Shown here: piece by piece, positions 62,701-64,000 of the stretch
How positions within the stretch are numbered: position 1 is the first letter of the stretch
How the letters are laid out: every line of letters begins with the position of its first letter
Source: a virus
Taxonomy: Duplodnaviria > Caudoviricetes
Reading direction: 5' to 3' (one strand)
Length of the DNA stretch: 64,000 nucleotides
IMG/VR virus record: IMGVR_UViG_3300021958_000035
Span: 31,217-95,216 of that record
Program-made: the position numbers and the translations under genes
The notes under the pieces: model-generated
Seen by the model: only the letters and a program-made list of their open reading frames with translations
Databases searched by the model: none
Told to the model about the DNA's origin: nothing

Positions 62701-63443
62701 TGATTGTGTAGGGCAATAAACGACCCGAACCCGTCTGTAACGGGAAGGTCGCCAGAAGGATACAGCTTACTCTGACAGTAGAAGTCGCCAAAGTCTCCAG
62801 CTATCTTGTCTACTGTGTTATCAAAATCGCCCTCACCAACAACCTGATGCGAAATAGAATAGTCGGTAATGAGGTCTTCGTCAATCTCTCCATCGCCCTC
62901 GATGGACATTAAAGGAAATGGTATCTCGACTGATAATAATCTAGATAGCTCGCCCTCGCCCTCTAGCGAGATATTTCCATTACCAAATGACTTCGCTATA
63001 GTTGCATTTGGAAGAGTTGGATGACCTATACCACTGGCAACTACGCTATCAATTTGGGCGGTGGTAAGATCAATACCTCCATCATAGAAGATTAATGCGG
63101 AACCATCAGAATATGTATTTATGACACTTGTTGTCTCTGTAAACGATGTGTCACCCGCTAGGCCAGAGATTGTTACTTCCCATCCAGCCTCTACAAATTC
63201 ACAGTTTTCTGGATCAGAACATCCATCAATGGTAAAATACGGACCAGATCCACCCAATACCGTGTCAAAATTTACGGTAAGAGTTTCACCCGGAGAAGCA
63301 ATTTTAGAATCGTTCTCAAGAGTGGCAAAAAGTGCCCCCTCATTTAAACCAAGAAATGCATCGACTTCTCCACCACCGGGACAGGTAACAGATGTGCCTT
63401 TGATGCACGAACATTCAAGACCTTTTAAGAATGGTTCCGACAT
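50790..63443 (-). CDS. Giant adhesin-like tail protein (4217 aa): LamG-like domain, beta-strand repeats, seven FG-GAP blades with inserted domains
   Basis: Seven (D)xFGxSVx..xGAP motifs; LamG-like GGFAIFTRFTP..VIVSKW; directly downstream of the tape measure gene. Confidence 0.75.
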   Translation of the reverse strand: MSEPFLKGLECSCIKGTSVTCPGGGEVDAFLGLNEGALFATLENDSKIASPGETLTVNFDTVLGGSGPYFTIDGCSDPENCEFVEAGWEVTISGLAGDTSFTETTSVINTYSDGSALIFYDGGIDLTTAQIDSVVASGIGHPTLPNATIAKSFGNGNISLEGEGELSRLLSVEIPFPLMSIEGDGEIDEDLITDYSISHQVVGEGDFDNTVDKIAGDFGDFYCQSKLYPSGDLPVTDGFGSFIALHNQSGNLWSYIDEGVYEGLAKDGGDSNNLSDDLNSYIEPNTIHTEGLFQYNCNLTSLNVRPDHSAFKIRVSAPLSNLESKTAPLYTLYNIRLSDPSGDLIVKYNDIQIKGDSNDEYENFSTYSSLPELNAISDKYDWQRRGFPHMHEDVGYQLSFSVRAVSLDDPFTEGFDEGFEDNYIIPETFYASGNNYLALDGQPLSTQEVRFINPTRGFRISAVEICNSGGFGPRPEDYLPLQMAVRDKGRRLERRIKPNFMPLNTYDTTIYPAVNNNIWENDTLSVTNEDVCGAQELINILHVQNSDHYIKLQTAEGGDVSDSGKLILKFKHGRSKVDEITPGDFDFAFDQGTKDIWFSPSGAFNVEKRTEEIQEDSPYFNVESLTLKVLAKKEVGTRDYILDVVGYSDDKLLNVTSSSGGFIQDPSGVFLNDTFVPHVGQHPIISGFYGDNSDWTMGGAGLSERGAYFEASGNDHYKLAQYPVVNTTDFQLYEVPLIILDDDIRHGVSRDYSLSSLLEHLYLDIYPLPSGASIAYIELCARYAPADGLNIYTQGGEKIGKAQAGRSEGALFPSGMESYDDILNAGSGYQPISAIAGLPHAYSSPDTIKTNYSRRWRGSEGTVRGPYDLDSFSFGFENPTIDYPFLSGYYKFDSFGPENRYVLSVDMGSSSPSGLGTLSGLCLTDPEIYHNIGWRFASGTLFNDQLPGYSGNYTTTDWTSLSNGSTTFVGNPLYGKIADAFDRVIRISGEVGGQNINFGPVDVSGGFAIFTRFTPDANVSGVGYNLFDSGVIVSKWVTAEDMDFALGYEDGFLCGYAQDVNGDIIKVKDTIKYSGYQFPLNTILTYNDNGNHRLRLYTDNEFGGSDFDVLRATSSPFHKNANDANIVLGYSAGSGVGMNILLSEFGVSTYSSGVDTLYGFGTNIVASGADKTYKGVNADVFLENSRAKFFDPDESYTNDRYKLWDRVNEDTYNDWAIGDFKWCQFGFGFDQWQKRPNAEHIIFELSHHGSGYSQNNDLPLLSNVDSGVAYHTQMENDFLRFHLSDVEDSFYAVNRRITKSLPVGYKFSERALVVETVLEHKTGANIEWEACTDIMPSGPQMIVSLYTKKQEPYWTSDEPNWGLVNRKTHYIEPSSCLIKLDSVFDYDSICEETDAWTVFPEEPRLKDFSERYFKDDVNQMFVQYDLVYPSGPAFDSRIEMHSSHVRMQDVNVCKTANSGTFNLYSSGAYPASNTLNMNIGGFPRETNDSLDLTIQVPFDYDVISEGLPSGFHLNVSGAFPRSKALNLFMPPQSGDISFNLYVSGQIPDIASGSMPLALPITLGSLDNSLDANPDTSDPNSPNYGSGNIFGLPLTVYNVDFGESPEGPFLNLNMSASLGDRSSIYRSIPMYLYNKSIGNTQETAASGFINLSMFGRNQILDSRTTSTMPLYINAPNIIDTDMNLYLHNPLVESLLTNTVNLVTASYNVGSKGTGSAFALWHNNNYGTGIELEDNSYAVLSADNEIRGVDLIGYGSCTGDSPSKAVDAALETDCIVWREETCNEGGIFRAKATYTNSGAINFEGGLGYSGNYYGIRKYTQLLPSTPYFATMSIVTGSTAAIPVPRTFEEWGYGMCGPAWYADGSGCCTEDCDGNIVFSGVKLIGDDAGGVPPSANLYSDSDLIVASGRNIGDKFGQNVAVSEDIMAVAAPNITIPDYGVYPSGGGFGNIEVSGAGAVFLYRRGQDEAGKKADWVLEEQLMLPSGFRKDYIQRTTDSLLSFGDFSISGNKWQIGQEGRQFGESLSLSASGDREVVAVGAPRAKWSREFDDLVTSGVPAAGMIFADLFAYNKTKLQDVAASAGKFNILWKYFSAPWNAGPDEWYAEIKPNLLVFQLTYSNRDYPNIPTDESDWFTHRYIPRLDDLDLLTEVGSDVLGGSGTLADFVASGQPVVFNQMLSGVLDGFFTAFPSGNPNAAAYSGIPAIIGMFKEQTGSTAGALQYADENGTVYNIYDEFQDFYEKHSFASGVTDLVQGIQQSGHLHTVIGRSEDWADTSVELMQDTFDSGRLSTTFTNTTLNRNFITSGVGQIWGNTHGSVVTEFQVPPASGGRVYLFEKERDNFNCIQVIVSPNDESELFDNPESMFGAGYAKTYNDRFGHSVALSKNSEVLAVGSPWNNNPCKIYERSESEIQKVYDNLRRWLVSKGSPFNYAVEYYDSVEGASGAVIAKTATYDYIKSPDRFEYRNDVMFWGSSLPEPYQLTFEYGHNDVRYVGTRKFLIDEFAGTSRMGWSCSVDENGEIVAFGAPTDSFNEFEDINVWGDTVKSWASYHNAGAVRMFHNRKHFPHNEVVELGRFGNLDRSTHNEERDAGYYDESNWPLIFGSGSTGFSDYQGKDWRRMSFSEIEIPQEAGLAFIITPEIDAVSDEIIDNIKDWLELGDRNLVLVGNDPVWEENGLYKESNDIINKILEKLGSRMRIQAAKDQSYSMQGCVSQQDLNDNKYNATASFLPAYSTARTIESNGKYYVKGVGDIRIDLSRDGLEDYFSTIDCPEGASCNGPSQIINTKYEFPLDGNRGDLRAEWNDSCVLTTPKSCKVVRYQRNWPFLFDNLTPVCDETPQPLFLKEDQSPTPVLTTAEHLPDTHWFEPATSGLQCDYEQRYRYRVKSKNEIDISLAEVNEDEIAFSIQGDTDSSISGLFNEFTFGGDTFDPDALNGRDGILQAAGSTTTSERTVTETVYPDHIFALVESGKKSDGTLNNSRVYILASQWPEDDASRGITHPTNNDDKNTEFYLNMIRKDCDEVAKGIQINGFTGRSSLNSAYNYDGSSTDHSLGNKINIELLLAGGFFRENQPITALNDQLDFVWLAFPSGKPSSSDFANLNSWLNIGEKKLIITYNADNEEYTQETADRIDYLCSGLNVTSRPMFLPKQDEYHRQSVIKTYGGETSSQIVNYATDSVSGCDDGYTWTSPNYQFATSLSGIEFSEKTSIEFGGGDKRFIVPLSGGADFERIVSFNDPVIQTYKEYASRNNWTIDGNASVKFPIEPGSGYRVWVNWVSETKFEEFGICLDTPTDIQREGNFGTIPSSFDSCGTLAELNKTATFTPSQFVFDFRTNEEQSITELELQFNTNKWSNFIDSQLLSGIPLPPSTPRILSVSGAPLEVITTIATTTSSGLVPDGPPVPVNCMYIVNPAQSGYIPGESRPVKHKSELYRGDIQFDDPDCLDASVNWAQKEIEDGPVIVAEEFENFSSFTNGSRRSKIILISDSTLLQGQCSHYRAAATQGNQSFVRNLYPPSPEESRDGSVGFGGGAGSPQGQAEGLDLGIPRNTVAGKNWEFTQKIRAPERGSTAKYVAISGSPIGADTLCPSRLWGGNGVTGSLGLYSDDEDSYDPTILTRPEEIKVPLKVQARKEEFFNNDVLGTYGIYPRFSGDFLDIVNYQGGIYQDYDLLLDLNENTDKDFIVDAGIGGGMTELMRIENTDYLDYDIFNSGCPGDLFGHSIQINDGKLIVGAPYNAFSAETAVSGISGVVQWHEIQNGEAGSGAKIGADGGAGAVFVYNNTDNGRNVIAEGLPWEFGAKIKPENVNVGLYDFSPSPIEVLEAERGPHQIVDPSFILEYGRRGDRFGFSVSIDCDMAAIGAPNHDFATLHHHIYSGAVAYNGSGLSTAFQRKSFNGEYDIPSHSFYDLADSGIRVDQFNNNSGLMILNGGAVYNYRNELVDFGARTQEWQFAEKLYAAGYQERVQTDIDDDGLGGFILTASGSDNDNFGKSVAIYRSFRGDSDYTLAIGSPHHDWPTSGNHPTSGLANAGSAYTFDAMLREQIPAIPNSGGWIDSHVFGNKKPKESMDRLETRVYQNVSGDPIEYKVSGIIFSNQNGDIFLEVSGFDPSRNGFVVHRPYVKELDLKILFGTPEDGSMNLVASGRPVLESGNMNLSMLGASSANVYNTLGLNSFGVSGIASADGIDQSGLFLNISAPSGPLPSSLNLVMGSTATTDSLDLRIRGF
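50965..50977 (-). promoter_or_regulatory. Second copy of candidate late promoter ATGTGTATAATAC
   Basis: Identical 13-mer inside the 3' end of the giant gene, about 175 nt upstream of the 50789 start. Confidence 0.45.
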
Positions 63444-63452
63444 TTATTTATC

Positions 63453-63998
63453 CTAAAGTATAGAGTCATTCTTGACCAAATCACCAGAATTATTTGCTTT
63501 GTATTTTTGAATCTCATTTCCCACTTCGGTCAACAGTCCGTCCTTGATATCATCTTTCAAGGTTTCAAGGAATGATGCACCATTGAAGTTAACATTAATA
63601 TTTGTTGGATCTAAGGCCACATTAAATTTAGTGTTTACCAATTTTTGTACCGTTTCTGCAAATCCTGAGAAAATATTTGTTAAACCCGGAAGTGCGTTAG
63701 TAAACACTTCAGTAATTCCATCTACAAAACCGCCATCGTTATAGTATCTAACACTACCACCTCCACTCAAAGCACCCGGAGCACTTGCTCCACCACCAGT
63801 ATTCATTGACCTTAAAATTTGTAAGTTATTACCACGATTAACTGCCGCACGATTAACAACAAATTCTCCCGGCGTTAACATGGCTGGAACCGTATCTGTT
63901 CCACGAGGAACGAACATTCCCCTATTTGCATAAACAACTCCACCTCTCGCTAAACCCTGTGCTGACTGAGCACGTTGAGCATCTGCCAGCGTACTGTC
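63453..63998 (-). CDS. Tail tape-measure protein, C-terminal part (5' truncated by window edge)
   Basis: Frame is open to the window end; ARGGVV..GTDTVPAMLTPGEFVVNR is a motif typical of TMP C-termini. Confidence 0.8.
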   Translation of the reverse strand, partial: DSTLADAQRAQSAQGLARGGVVYANRGMFVPRGTDTVPAMLTPGEFVVNRAAVNRGNNLQILRSMNTGGGASAPGALSGGGSVRYYNDGGFVDGITEVFTNALPGLTNIFSGFAETVQKLVNTKFNVALDPTNINVNFNGASFLETLKDDIKDGLLTEVGNEIQKYKANNSGDLVKNDSIL

Positions 63999-64000
63999 AA

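Noticed and set aside
1-64000. Alternative genetic code (stop-codon reassignment)
   Set aside because: TAA, TAG and TGA all end conserved genes at expected positions, and coding density is high under code 11
37776-64000. Diversity-generating retroelement targeting tail proteins
   Set aside because: No reverse transcriptase and no TR/VR repeat pair noticed in the window

Overview
This window is a segment of a large (jumbo-type) tailed phage genome that uses the standard genetic code. The likely host is a planctomycete or another PVC-group bacterium, inferred from a Tat-signal DUF1501 gene and an FmdB-type zinc-ribbon gene. Two gene blocks converge on a pair of hairpin terminators at about 37.64-37.74 kb. 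The + strand block (1-37.6 kb) holds nucleotide metabolism genes (nrdAB, MazG-like, dNMP kinase, phoH) and a bacterial-type replisome and recombination set (recA, dnaB, dnaG, ssb, nucleases). It also holds an intein-free split dnaE with a dnaQ exonuclease gene between its halves, and a glycan biosynthesis island of about 14.6 kb and 18 intact genes. The - strand block (37.8-64 kb) is a tail/virion module: the tape-measure C-terminus, a 4217-aa adhesin-like protein with seven dispersed FG-GAP blades, and other large tail proteins. Main hypotheses: (1) a phage-encoded virion O-glycosylation system acting on Ser-Gly motifs, which are visibly enriched in several tail proteins; (2) a three-gene Pol III core; (3) a series of unannotated gene scars (GMP reductase, HNH nuclease, methyltransferase, two Tat-signal genes) that keep only their ends; (4) a 13-bp candidate late promoter. 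All family calls come from motif recognition by eye; no searches were run.
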